Positions 29,258 to 38,302 of a stretch of DNA of 64,000 nt are shown piece after piece. The notes beneath the pieces are model-generated. The model was not told the origin of the DNA, did no database searches, and saw only the letters and a list, made by a program, of their open reading frames with translations. The position numbers and the translations under genes are program-made. The stretch comes from a virus, in IMG/VR virus record IMGVR_UViG_3300011429_000004, positions 331-64,330 of that record; one strand, given 5' to 3'. Numbering within the stretch: the first letter of the stretch is position 1; each line of letters starts with the position of its first letter.

Positions 29258-30765
29258 AAACACACGATGGCCAAACTAAAAAATGGCCATTTGATAATAA
29301 GATACCAAGAGAAGTTCAATTAGCGGCTTTATCCAAATCGTGGGGTAAAGGAGGTTTTGCGTTTTTCATGAGACAAAGATTAGGCAAGACTTGGACAGCC
29401 TTTGCTGAGTTCTCTATGCTCCGTGCAGAAGGTAAAGTAGATTGGTTCGTAGTCATATGCCCTAACTCAATCAAAGAACAATGGAAACAAGACATAGAAG
29501 AAGTGGATGAATTTATACCTGTATGTGTATACGAGAGCGGCAATAAGAAGAAATCATACTATTATTTAGAACATAACAAGAACGGCGGTGTGTTCATTAT
29601 TAACTATGAAAGCGTTAAAACTTTCATGGAGGATGGGGGTTCACAGTTCCTTAACCATTCTAGGACATATATAGTTGCTGACGAAAGCACTAAGATCAAA
29701 GAACCCAACGCCAAAATGACAAAGGCTTGCCATGCTCTCGCGACTTTTTGCGCCTATAAACGTGTACTTACTGGTAAACCTACCGCCAATAGTAATGCAG
29801 ATTTATGGGCTCAACTTAAATTTATCGCGGCTACAAGCCGCAATTTTTATCAGCATAAACGTTATTACTGCGTTATGGGTGGCTTTCAAGGAAGAACAAT
29901 TACACGTAACATCAATACGGACTACTTACAAAAAGAGATGTACCCTTACTCCTATATCGCAGAGGATAAATACATCAAGGGTTTTGAAAAGATATATGAG
30001 CCGCTGCGAAGAGTTACACTCACTGAGGATCAGCAAAAACTATACACTCAAATGGAGAATGAATTAATAACGGAGCTGCAAGATGGCACCGAGATTACTG
30101 CGCCTATTATACTCGTTAAGTATTTACGGCTGCAGCAAATTAGCTCTGGTATTGCTGGTGATCCTAGTGGTGTGCAACATAATACTATTGATCCCAGCCG
30201 TAATCCTAGGATTCGCGTACTACGAGACATACTCGACAATGAGATTGACCACAAAGTTATCATTCCCTGTCGTTTTCGCCTTAGCATTGATAACTTGGAA
30301 TATACTCTTAGAAAAGATGGCTATAAGACTGCTCGCTTGGTGGGTGGGATGGGAACAGAAATAGAAACCGAGAAAGAAAGGTTTAATAAAGGTGACGCAA
30401 CAATCCTCCTCGCACAACTCCAAGTCCTATCTTATGGGCATACGCTCTGTGGTCCTGATGATAACCCTTGTGATAGTATTATATATTATGAAAACGACTT
30501 TTCTCTACTTAATCGAATGCAGTCGGAAAGTCGTCCCGAAAAATATCAAAGAGAAGTTCCGATAAGTATATACGACCTCTATGCATCCGATATGGACAAA
30601 TATATTATACAAGCTCTTGTTAAGAAAGAAGACGCCTCTATGGCATTAATGAATTATTCACGAAAATATGGTATGAGACCAGAGCTAAGCAAGGTTCCGC
30701 TAGAGCAAAGGAGCAAGGGCAATGACGACAGACAACAAGCGTACACAGACCTATTTGACAATTAA
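29242..30765 (+). CDS. Superfamily-2 (SNF2/DEAD-like) DNA helicase.
   Basis: Motif I RQRLGKTWTA, motif II IVADESTKI. 507 aa. Confidence 0.5.
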   Translation: MDYEIKTHDGQTKKWPFDNKIPREVQLAALSKSWGKGGFAFFMRQRLGKTWTAFAEFSMLRAEGKVDWFVVICPNSIKEQWKQDIEEVDEFIPVCVYESGNKKKSYYYLEHNKNGGVFIINYESVKTFMEDGGSQFLNHSRTYIVADESTKIKEPNAKMTKACHALATFCAYKRVLTGKPTANSNADLWAQLKFIAATSRNFYQHKRYYCVMGGFQGRTITRNINTDYLQKEMYPYSYIAEDKYIKGFEKIYEPLRRVTLTEDQQKLYTQMENELITELQDGTEITAPIILVKYLRLQQISSGIAGDPSGVQHNTIDPSRNPRIRVLRDILDNEIDHKVIIPCRFRLSIDNLEYTLRKDGYKTARLVGGMGTEIETEKERFNKGDATILLAQLQVLSYGHTLCGPDDNPCDSIIYYENDFSLLNRMQSESRPEKYQREVPISIYDLYASDMDKYIIQALVKKEDASMALMNYSRKYGMRPELSKVPLEQRSKGNDDRQQAYTDLFDN

Positions 30766-31180
30766 GCAGCGGCACACCGTCGCTGCGTGGCTCATCGAGA
30801 ATGGGCATGTCACACAAGACAAAAACACAGACAATACAGATTTTACATACTGGCGTACAAAGAAAGTTACAGCCGAGAAAGAAATAAACGAGGCACAGCT
30901 GCCTGGGATGCCTACTCTTACTCTGCACCAACTAAATACAAGCTTAAATACGTTCAATGAAGTTAATAAATCTTTTGGGTATAAAATTAATCTTCCAGCT
31001 ATTCAAGACACAGTGGAGATGGATAGACTTACAGCAAAAATTAAAGCGATGCAATACCAGTTGGAAGGAGACACAAAAATTATTGCAGCATTGAGAGAAA
31101 AGCTAGCTGCAAATAACCATTTGGATGCTCTCCATAAGATCGCTCAGCTTATCCCCGCAGAAGCCTTCAAGAAACGATAA
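30722..31180 (+). CDS. Hypothetical protein.
   Basis: 152 aa ORF. Confidence 0.3.
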   Translation: MTTDNKRTQTYLTIKQRHTVAAWLIENGHVTQDKNTDNTDFTYWRTKKVTAEKEINEAQLPGMPTLTLHQLNTSLNTFNEVNKSFGYKINLPAIQDTVEMDRLTAKIKAMQYQLEGDTKIIAALREKLAANNHLDALHKIAQLIPAEAFKKR

Positions 31181-31225
31181 AAAATCTCTCTTGCCCCACG
31201 TCTGGCTCGTTGCTAGACGTGGGCT

Positions 31226-32158
31226 ATGGTTGTTCCAGCTGTATTCAAATTTGTAAACTGGATCACTGGTACTCCAGTACCAATTGATGATGCTATAACA
31301 TCTGCTCTTACTCCTACCGTTGATAGCGCTTTAAGTACAGCCCTGTCTAATTTTATTTTTGGTATTGTTAGAGAAAGATTACTCGCTAATAGAGATTATT
31401 ATGTAGCCACTACTGGCAGTGATAGTAATAATGGTTTAACGCCGGCTACGCCTTTTCTAACTCTTCAAAAAGCAATGAACGTATCATCTAGTCTAGACCT
31501 AGGTGTATTTAATGTTACGAATAACGTTGCAGATGGTACTTATACAGCCGGTGTAGACATAAAACCATGGGTTGGCTCTGGTACTATATTCTTTAAAGGC
31601 AATGTTACAACTCCAGCCAATGTTAAAATAACTGTAACAGGTGACGATTGTTTCGCTAATAACGCAGGCTCTTTATCTGGTACATTTGATATATCTGGTT
31701 TTCAATTAAAAACTATTACTTCAGGGTTTTGTATACTTTCTAGACTTCCTGGTAGGATACAATATACTAAAATAGTGTTTGATACTGCACCAGTTGCTCA
31801 TGTTGTTTCTGCTTTTGGCTCTCTTATAGTTGGCTATGGAGCTAATGAGATAATAGGCAGTACTATAATACATGGACTGGCCGATACAAATGGAGTGATA
31901 GCGTGGCCAGCAACAGATGTCGCGGCAGTAGTTTATACTATAACAGGTGCGCCAAACTTTAATGTGGCCTTTGTGCAATCTGGTAATGCTGGTGCAGTAA
32001 GCGCTACTGGTTTTAGTTTCGTTGGAGCGGGCGCTACAGGAAAAAGATATGTTGTTAATGTGGGGTCTATCATACAAACTAATGGGGGTGGGGCTAATTA
32101 CTTCCCTGGTAATATAGCTGGAACAGCTGATGCAGCCACTTTCTCGGTGTATGCATAA
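31226..32158 (+). CDS. Right-handed beta-helix (pectate-lyase-like) protein. Candidate tailspike or polysaccharide depolymerase.
   Basis: YYVATTGSDSNNGLTPATPFLTLQKA is the conserved N-terminal cap motif of beta-helix lyase/tailspike families. Body is Gly/Thr/Val-rich. Confidence 0.4.
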   Translation: MVVPAVFKFVNWITGTPVPIDDAITSALTPTVDSALSTALSNFIFGIVRERLLANRDYYVATTGSDSNNGLTPATPFLTLQKAMNVSSSLDLGVFNVTNNVADGTYTAGVDIKPWVGSGTIFFKGNVTTPANVKITVTGDDCFANNAGSLSGTFDISGFQLKTITSGFCILSRLPGRIQYTKIVFDTAPVAHVVSAFGSLIVGYGANEIIGSTIIHGLADTNGVIAWPATDVAAVVYTITGAPNFNVAFVQSGNAGAVSATGFSFVGAGATGKRYVVNVGSIIQTNGGGANYFPGNIAGTADAATFSVYA

Positions 32159-33213
32159 TGCCGCAACCATATAATCCAGCTATTTGGTACTGGAACGTTG
32201 CCACTAATCCTGGTAATGTGTACTCTAGTGCTGGGGCTGCATATGTAGCAACTAGTAATGGTACTTACTTAGCGTGGGTGGCTTTAGGTAACACCGCTAC
32301 TAATATAGCTACAGAAGCAGAACTATGGGCAGTTCTCGCTAATCAGTATCCAGCTGGCATAGCTACAAGTAATTCAACAGGACTAGAGGCGATAAGAGCA
32401 TATAGAGTAAGTGTACTAGGTCCTGGGCTATTCATTCCAGATCAAAACTTTATACCACTATCGTTTGCGCCTGAGTTTGGCGTCGCTTTATTTGTTGTTG
32501 CGTCGAATGTTTTAGTACTGACTGGCAGAGGGTCATTTAAGTTTTTTATAAATGGTGTAAATTATCAAATTGACCCCACAAATTTTCCAGCTATTAGCAA
32601 CAGTGGATTATCTCCGTCTACTTTATACTATGTGTATGCTTATTGGACAGGAGCCGCTATTGCGTTAGAGTTTAGTTCATCGACTGCGTTTAGCACAGGC
32701 ACCTATGGTCAACTTATTAAATCAGGAGATCAATCAAGAACATATGTAGGAATGATATATACAACATCTGGAAGTACTTTTGTAGATAGCGCTACACAGA
32801 GATTCTGCGCATCTTATTATAATAGAACACTTAAACCAGTTCAAAGGGCTCCATTAATAGCTCTTAGAACTACTACCGCTACATCTATGACAGAATTTAA
32901 CAGCGCAGAACGAATAGAATTTATAACTCATGGCGATGAATTTTCCCAAGCATTTTTATTCGCTTCCTTGTTTAATGATACAAATGGATCAGCAATGGGT
33001 GCTGGCTTAGGTTTAAACGGTGCTGCAACAATTATAGGTCAAAATTTAGTTCTTTCTATAGGAACTATTCAACCATTAATGGTTACTGTAAATTATGGGT
33101 ATCAAATGCCTTTTGGCTATAACTTTCTAACTCCTCTTGGACAATCGTCAGTAGGATGCGTGCTTAGTATCAGTGCAACATTTACAGGATTTGGCGCCTA
33201 TCTTAGGCAATAA
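32158..33213 (+). CDS. Hypothetical beta-rich protein, a fibre/receptor-binding candidate.
   Basis: 351 aa. Start overlaps the previous stop (ATAATG). Confidence 0.3.
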   Translation: MPQPYNPAIWYWNVATNPGNVYSSAGAAYVATSNGTYLAWVALGNTATNIATEAELWAVLANQYPAGIATSNSTGLEAIRAYRVSVLGPGLFIPDQNFIPLSFAPEFGVALFVVASNVLVLTGRGSFKFFINGVNYQIDPTNFPAISNSGLSPSTLYYVYAYWTGAAIALEFSSSTAFSTGTYGQLIKSGDQSRTYVGMIYTTSGSTFVDSATQRFCASYYNRTLKPVQRAPLIALRTTTATSMTEFNSAERIEFITHGDEFSQAFLFASLFNDTNGSAMGAGLGLNGAATIIGQNLVLSIGTIQPLMVTVNYGYQMPFGYNFLTPLGQSSVGCVLSISATFTGFGAYLRQ

Positions 33214-33227
33214 CAAAGGAACGACAA

Positions 33228-34232
33228 ATGGCTGTTTATACGTATGAAGCTCTGAAAAGTGACTATACTCGCAAGTGGACAGGGATGGTAATTAGCCCTG
33301 CTAGATTAGCAGCAATAACAAAAGAGGCAGATAAAGTCATCGCTGGTAGAGATGTATATACACGGCTACAAAACGTAACCAATATACCTTGGTATTTTAT
33401 AGGTATCTTACATCTTAGAGAGAGTTCCTGTAACTTTAATAGGCATTTACATAACGGTGATCCTCTCTCTGGTAGAACATATCATGTTCCGGCTGGAAGG
33501 CCTGTTAAGGGTAATCCACCTTTTACGTTTGAAGAAAGCGCTATTGATGCCCTTACTATGATGGGCTATACCTCTATCAAGGATTGGAGCATAGAACAAA
33601 TAGCCTTTAGCAGCGAAAAGTTTAACGGTTTTGGTTATAGAATGCATGGAGTACCTAGCGCTTATCTTTGGGCAGGCACAAACCAATACATAAGCGGTAA
33701 GTACGTATCGGATGGTGTATTTGATGCAAGCGTAGTAGATGTACAGCAAGGCTGTATGGCCATCTTAAAGACTATTCTTACTAAGACACAAGAGAAAGTA
33801 GCAGAGCCTACGCCTGAAGTAATAGCTATCGAAGCGCCTAAAGCTGTTATACCAGAACCCACAGACAAAGAAATGGCTGTTGTGTCCCGTAAGTTCTGGT
33901 GGACTAATTGGGTCCAATGGCTTGCTGGTATCTTCGGTGTGGCTACAGCTAGCGCCAGTCTATTAGGTTCATTTAACTTTGACTTACTTCAGCCTTATGT
34001 ACCTGTTATCTTACAGTTCTTAAAAGATAACAACGTAGCTGTGTTACTAACTGCTTGTATCACTATTTTCTTCAAAGAAACCTTGATGAAATTATTCATG
34101 AAGCAAGATGTGATCGAGAACAAAGTAGCCCCACCTAAACCAGTAGCTCCTAATGTTCCCGAGGAACAGCCTTTAGAAGTTCTTACTGGTGTTCTACCAA
34201 TGATCTTTAGGTTATTTGGAGTAAAAATCTAA
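33228..34232 (+). CDS. Putative peptidoglycan hydrolase (lysozyme-family, endolysin candidate) with C-terminal transmembrane segments.
   Basis: N-terminal domain with a conserved-looking HLRESS...GFGYRMHG...YLWAGTN. Two hydrophobic helices at the C-terminus. Followed by membrane proteins. Confidence 0.35.
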   Translation: MAVYTYEALKSDYTRKWTGMVISPARLAAITKEADKVIAGRDVYTRLQNVTNIPWYFIGILHLRESSCNFNRHLHNGDPLSGRTYHVPAGRPVKGNPPFTFEESAIDALTMMGYTSIKDWSIEQIAFSSEKFNGFGYRMHGVPSAYLWAGTNQYISGKYVSDGVFDASVVDVQQGCMAILKTILTKTQEKVAEPTPEVIAIEAPKAVIPEPTDKEMAVVSRKFWWTNWVQWLAGIFGVATASASLLGSFNFDLLQPYVPVILQFLKDNNVAVLLTACITIFFKETLMKLFMKQDVIENKVAPPKPVAPNVPEEQPLEVLTGVLPMIFRLFGVKI

Positions 34233-34244
34233 TAGGAGAGATTA

Positions 34245-34787
34245 ATGGAGCCAGGAGAACCTCAAAAACTGTCCTCTATAGAGTTAAGAACTACTATAGA
34301 AAATATTAATAACAGGATGGCTCTGTTTGAGAAGTACTTCTCTGACATACTAAGAGAAAAAGAAGTATCTATCAATGAACGTTTTGCGGCGGCAGAGAAG
34401 GCAGTAAATGCTGCTCTCTCTGCCGCACGGGAGGCTATTAATGCTGCTATGGCAGCTTCTGAAAAAGCTATTCTTAAAGCCGAATCAGCGGCAGATAAGC
34501 GCGCTGAAGCATCTAATGAAATACGCGCAGCAATGATGGATCAACAAAAGAACTTTGCTGATAAGGTACAATCTGATTTTAGGTTTGATGCAGCTAACCA
34601 AAAAATAACAGATTTAGATAAGGTATTTTCTAAAAGAATAGAGCTAACAGAACAACAATTGGCGTCTTTAATAGGTAAGGCGCAAGGAGTTAATTTAACT
34701 TTTGGAGTAGTATTACAAATTATCACAGCTGCTGGGACTATATCAGCTATTGTTAGCGCGTTGTTTTATATTTTTACCAAGCACTAG
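34245..34787 (+). CDS. Coiled-coil protein with a C-terminal transmembrane helix. Spanin- or holin-associated candidate.
   Basis: Ala/Glu/Lys-rich helical region, then TFGVVLQIITAAGTISAIVSALFYIF. Confidence 0.3.
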   Translation: MEPGEPQKLSSIELRTTIENINNRMALFEKYFSDILREKEVSINERFAAAEKAVNAALSAAREAINAAMAASEKAILKAESAADKRAEASNEIRAAMMDQQKNFADKVQSDFRFDAANQKITDLDKVFSKRIELTEQQLASLIGKAQGVNLTFGVVLQIITAAGTISAIVSALFYIFTKH

Positions 34788-34952
34788 ACATTATTAACCT
34801 TTGAGTGCTAGGATGCCCTTCTGCCGAGCGCTGAGCCGCGCTAGGCGAGCCGCAGGGGACCACGCAGGCAGAGAGGGGTTTCCCCACAAGGTCCAAGGCG
34901 GCTTGCCACTCCTTACGCATCCTAGGCCGATCCAGACGCTAGCGGGGCATCC

Positions 34953-35186
34953 ATGGCGACCTACGAGACGATAGACGACCTCAAGGCAGGCATCGATAGG
35001 GTGAGGGAGGAAGGGCGCAAGATCATCTCTCATTTTAACCGTTTAGAAAGAGAGTACAGTGATTGGGAAGAGCGCGTTTTAGAACTTGAAAACGCGATCC
35101 AACAAGCCCAAGAAGACGCAGGACTGACTAAAGAAGAAATAGTGCAACAGATAAACGAACCTGAGTTGAGTTTATTCGATGACTGA
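34953..35186 (+). CDS. Small acidic coiled-coil protein (GC-rich codon usage).
   Basis: 77 aa ORF immediately after a GC-rich structured element. Confidence 0.25.
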   Translation: MATYETIDDLKAGIDRVREEGRKIISHFNRLEREYSDWEERVLELENAIQQAQEDAGLTKEEIVQQINEPELSLFDD

Positions 35187-35496
35187 CGCCCCAAGAGACC
35201 ATTTTCGTATTAGAGAAGTAATAGATTCACCAGAACATACTCAGCAACAAGTGATGTATGTACAGCCTGAAAGAGACATGGCGTCTATTGCAACTATGGC
35301 TTTGTGGGTATTTACTAGCTGGACTATAGTATTTATAAATATAATACTTGGTGTAGTTTGCATTAGAGATATGCTTACTCTAAAATATGAGCCTATGACT
35401 CATTGGTTTATGAGTGCAGTGTTTGTCGCTACAATATTTGGCTTAGTTGCTACTCATACTTGGGTAATAAAGAAAAATAGCCCTGCTAGAGTTTAA
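35179..35496 (+). CDS. Small membrane protein with two TM segments, a holin-like candidate.
   Basis: Two ~20-aa hydrophobic stretches. 105 aa. Last gene of the putative lysis cluster. Confidence 0.3.
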   Translation: MTDAPRDHFRIREVIDSPEHTQQQVMYVQPERDMASIATMALWVFTSWTIVFINIILGVVCIRDMLTLKYEPMTHWFMSAVFVATIFGLVATHTWVIKKNSPARV

Positions 35497-35523
35497 TCTA
35501 ACAAGGCTATTTCTAAGTTGGGG

Positions 35524-36030
35524 TTAGACTACAGTTGGGGTGATTACGATAGAGCTAAGAACCTGCGGCGCAGGGGCGACGTTTACATTCAACGTTGCGC
35601 CAAACTGCTTGCCACCGACCATGGCTGTAACACTAATGGTATCTACGCCATCAGCTACCGGAGTAGCTACGGCCTGAAGGCCATCAGCAGATGCAACAAG
35701 AGTCTCAGTTGCAGGAGTAGTATTAGACCAAATAGGCGGGCTATCCACAACTTGCGGAGTCAGCATCGGGTTGCCGTTCTGGTCCAAAAAGTCAATTACC
35801 ATGTTGATGACATGGCCTAATGATACTTGGGTATCCATGAGTATTCTATCCTTTGCTATTGTAGATACGTAGCCATCTCGGGTTAAGATGGTAAAACGTA
35901 TATACGATGGGAAGCAGTGGTGGTGATGATGATGATGATGATGACGATGGTGTCTATGCTTCTTTCTTCGCTTCATTATCGCAGTATAACACAGAGATAC
36001 TCTTTCGTAAAGCGAGATAATTAATCGCAT
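35524..36030 (-). CDS. Protein with a natural poly-histidine tract (HHRHHHHHHHHH) and a C-terminal bacterial Ig-like (Big_2-type) domain.
   Basis: The His tract is encoded by (GAT)6GACGAT on the + strand at 35925-35948. The C-terminus DGVDTISVTAMVGGKQFGATLNVNV is Big_2-like. Last gene of the sugar operon. Confidence 0.45.
   Translation of the reverse strand: MRLIISLYERVSLCYTAIMKRRKKHRHHRHHHHHHHHHCFPSYIRFTILTRDGYVSTIAKDRILMDTQVSLGHVINMVIDFLDQNGNPMLTPQVVDSPPIWSNTTPATETLVASADGLQAVATPVADGVDTISVTAMVGGKQFGATLNVNVAPAPQVLSSIVITPTVV
35919..35950. repeat. Trinucleotide microsatellite (GAT)n encoding the His tract.
   Basis: gtggtggtgatgatgatgatgatgatgacgatggtg. Confidence 0.7.
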
Positions 36031-36521
36031 GGTGAGTGTGCTCTTGGTAAAACAAACGCTGGGTTAGAGTATTTATATACATACTGTAAGAGTTTATTGT
36101 TTTCATCATAGTCTTGGCCTAAGTACTTAAATCCTTTCATACAAAAGAAAGCCAAGCTCCTAGAATTAAATGCGCCTATGTTAGCTAAGAAATACTCTAC
36201 ATCTGGAGTATCTTCTATTAGCATATTTAGCGCCTTAGAGCCAAATCCTCTCTTTTGGTTGTATCTCTCTATGAATATACCTATTTCGTTGAGCTTAGTT
36301 AGATAAATAGCCCCTACTGGGCCTTTATAATCTATGATATACCATTTTTTATATGGTTTACTCCTCACAAAACTTACGTGCTCGTCGTAAGTCGGCATCT
36401 TCTTATGAGAAATATTCTCCCATGGTTTACGATCCTTAAGAAGGTTATATAAAAACCTCTCGTACATATGACGTTCTGGGGTGGGTGTGTCGTATATACC
36501 AATAAGAGCTAGTTGGGTCAT
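36021..36521 (-). CDS. GNAT-family N-acetyltransferase (PseH-like candidate).
   Basis: GNAT motif A region IGIFIERYNQKRGFGSKALNML. 166 aa. Confidence 0.5.
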   Translation of the reverse strand: MTQLALIGIYDTPTPERHMYERFLYNLLKDRKPWENISHKKMPTYDEHVSFVRSKPYKKWYIIDYKGPVGAIYLTKLNEIGIFIERYNQKRGFGSKALNMLIEDTPDVEYFLANIGAFNSRSLAFFCMKGFKYLGQDYDENNKLLQYVYKYSNPAFVLPRAHSPCD

Positions 36522-36752
36522 TTCGTGCCTCCAGATATTAGAGCAAGTACCTCTTTTAATCTATCGTGATACCCTTGGGCCATTTTTAAACCATGCTCAT
36601 CTCCACCTAGAGCGTCTGGCTCTTCCATCTGTGAATAAAAATCTGTAATGGCTACCCTTAATGACATAGCTTGTCCAAAAGTTAGTTTTATTCCATTGAT
36701 AGTTATATCTGCTTCAGTCCACATGCCGCCGTCAGGATGATTCACCATTAGT

Positions 36753-37376
36753 TCATTTTCTCCGTTTTTCCATGATCCAGAAGGTTACATTATCAAGCAT
36801 GGTGGTCTTTTTCCAACAAAAACCATACCCTATAATTCTTAAGGAATGATTATCAATAAAGTGACTCCCGTAGTCGTCTAACCAAAGAGCGTCTTTTTCG
36901 CCATGGTATAGTTTATTAGTTGTCTCAGGGGCGAAGTACTCTACACACACTATCCATCTCTTGGAAGAATTGTATATATCTCTCATTAGTTGTTTAAGAT
37001 GCGCCGGGTGAGTGTGTATCATTACACCGTAAGTTATAACTAAATCAGCTACCTTTGTCTCTGGCTGCGCTAAGAGCGTTACACTAGGCACGTTCTCTTT
37101 GAGAAGGGTTCTAGCTTTGTCGTTGCACTCTGTAGCAAACAACTCTATTTGTTTCTCTATGCCCATAGAGAGTTTATTTAAAGCAGCTAGGTTTTGCCCT
37201 TGACCTGCACCTATTTCTAAGACGCTCTTGGGAATATCTCCGCACTTTAAATAGATAGATTTAAATACGTTGTCCCAAAAAGATAACCTTAAAGCTACTT
37301 CTTCGTCTGTGAATTTATTTCTGTCTTGGTATAAGTCCCCAAATGGACCTTGCCACAGCTCAACTTGCTTGTTCAT
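36753..37376 (-). CDS. Class I SAM-dependent methyltransferase (pseudaminic-acid-cluster-associated methylase type).
   Basis: SAM-binding motif VLEIGAGQGQN. Overlaps the cytidylyltransferase gene. Confidence 0.5.
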   Translation of the reverse strand: MNKQVELWQGPFGDLYQDRNKFTDEEVALRLSFWDNVFKSIYLKCGDIPKSVLEIGAGQGQNLAALNKLSMGIEKQIELFATECNDKARTLLKENVPSVTLLAQPETKVADLVITYGVMIHTHPAHLKQLMRDIYNSSKRWIVCVEYFAPETTNKLYHGEKDALWLDDYGSHFIDNHSLRIIGYGFCWKKTTMLDNVTFWIMEKRRK

Positions 37377-38067
37377 TTACTTTACCTTGCTCTTTTAGTA
37401 TTTTCTCTAACCTAGATATATCCTCTGGGTAGTCTACACAGTAGTTAAGATGACACATATTTTCTTTTTGTTGTACGTTTGCCCTTTTTATTTCTTTAGT
37501 GCTTTGCATCCAAGGTGTAACATGTTCTTGAAAATAGGGTGCATCAGCCATCTTGTATGCTGCCTCTAGGCAATCCATAGTAAAAGCCTCTACATCTAGC
37601 CCTTTGGGATAAGTACGTTTAGGGAAAATATTAGAAGCATAGTCAAGCTTCCTCCACAAAAGTAATTGTAAGACCTCAGAGCCCACCCTGGGATCAATGA
37701 AAGGACAATCACCTGTAACCCTAACAATATAATCAAACTTGAAAAAACATGCACAATCATAGTATCGTTTGAGCACATTTAATTCATCTCCACAAAAATT
37801 AGATATTCCCATTTTATCAGCATGAGCGATGATGGCTTCGCTATCGGGTGTGTCTGGTACTGCCACTATTGTTTCTGTGTCGTAGTCTTTGTTGGCTCGA
37901 ATATTTCTGGCTCTTTCCAAGACATGCTCTATAACTGGCCTACCAGCTAGGAGCGCCATAGATTTACCAGGGAATCTTACACTGGTCATTCTCGCCTGGA
38001 CTATTACCCCTATCTTTTGTCTAGAGGGCTTCTTTGGTTGTAAGCGAATTATTTGACCTTGAGGCAT
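37360..38067 (-). CDS. Acylneuraminate/pseudaminate cytidylyltransferase (CMP-nonulosonic acid synthetase, PseF/NeuA/SpsF family).
   Basis: N-terminal GVIVQARMTSVRFPGKSMALLAGRPVIEHV matches the IPARxxSxRxPxKxxxxLxGxP cytidylyltransferase signature. Confidence 0.55.
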   Translation of the reverse strand: MPQGQIIRLQPKKPSRQKIGVIVQARMTSVRFPGKSMALLAGRPVIEHVLERARNIRANKDYDTETIVAVPDTPDSEAIIAHADKMGISNFCGDELNVLKRYYDCACFFKFDYIVRVTGDCPFIDPRVGSEVLQLLLWRKLDYASNIFPKRTYPKGLDVEAFTMDCLEAAYKMADAPYFQEHVTPWMQSTKEIKRANVQQKENMCHLNYCVDYPEDISRLEKILKEQGKVNEQAS

Positions 38068-38302
38068 ATTTACTCTCTGTGTATTTTATTTGTTTCTCTA
38101 TTTCGTTTATTAGTTCATTCACAGGAATATCTCTTGTCTTCATTATTCTTTGTATTTCTTTATCTACTTCTCTAGCGTAGTATGGTAAATCTTCTACTTT
38201 AATGTTTATATTATTATCTAAGTAATAGCCAATCCTATTTCTAAAGGAAGTAAATATAATTTCATAAATGCCTGGTTTATAGTATGTATTCCACTTAGGC
38301 AT
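38021..38302 (-). CDS. Hypothetical small protein within the operon.
   Basis: 93 aa ORF between the HisF-like and cytidylyltransferase genes. Confidence 0.25.
   Translation of the reverse strand: MPKWNTYYKPGIYEIIFTSFRNRIGYYLDNNINIKVEDLPYYAREVDKEIQRIMKTRDIPVNELINEIEKQIKYTESKYASRSNNSLTTKEAL

Noticed and set aside
35518-35820. 100-aa plus-strand ORF overlapping the poly-His/Big_2 gene
   Set aside because: The antisense minus ORF has a recognisable Ig-like domain and operon context. The plus ORF is R/S/C-rich with no features.
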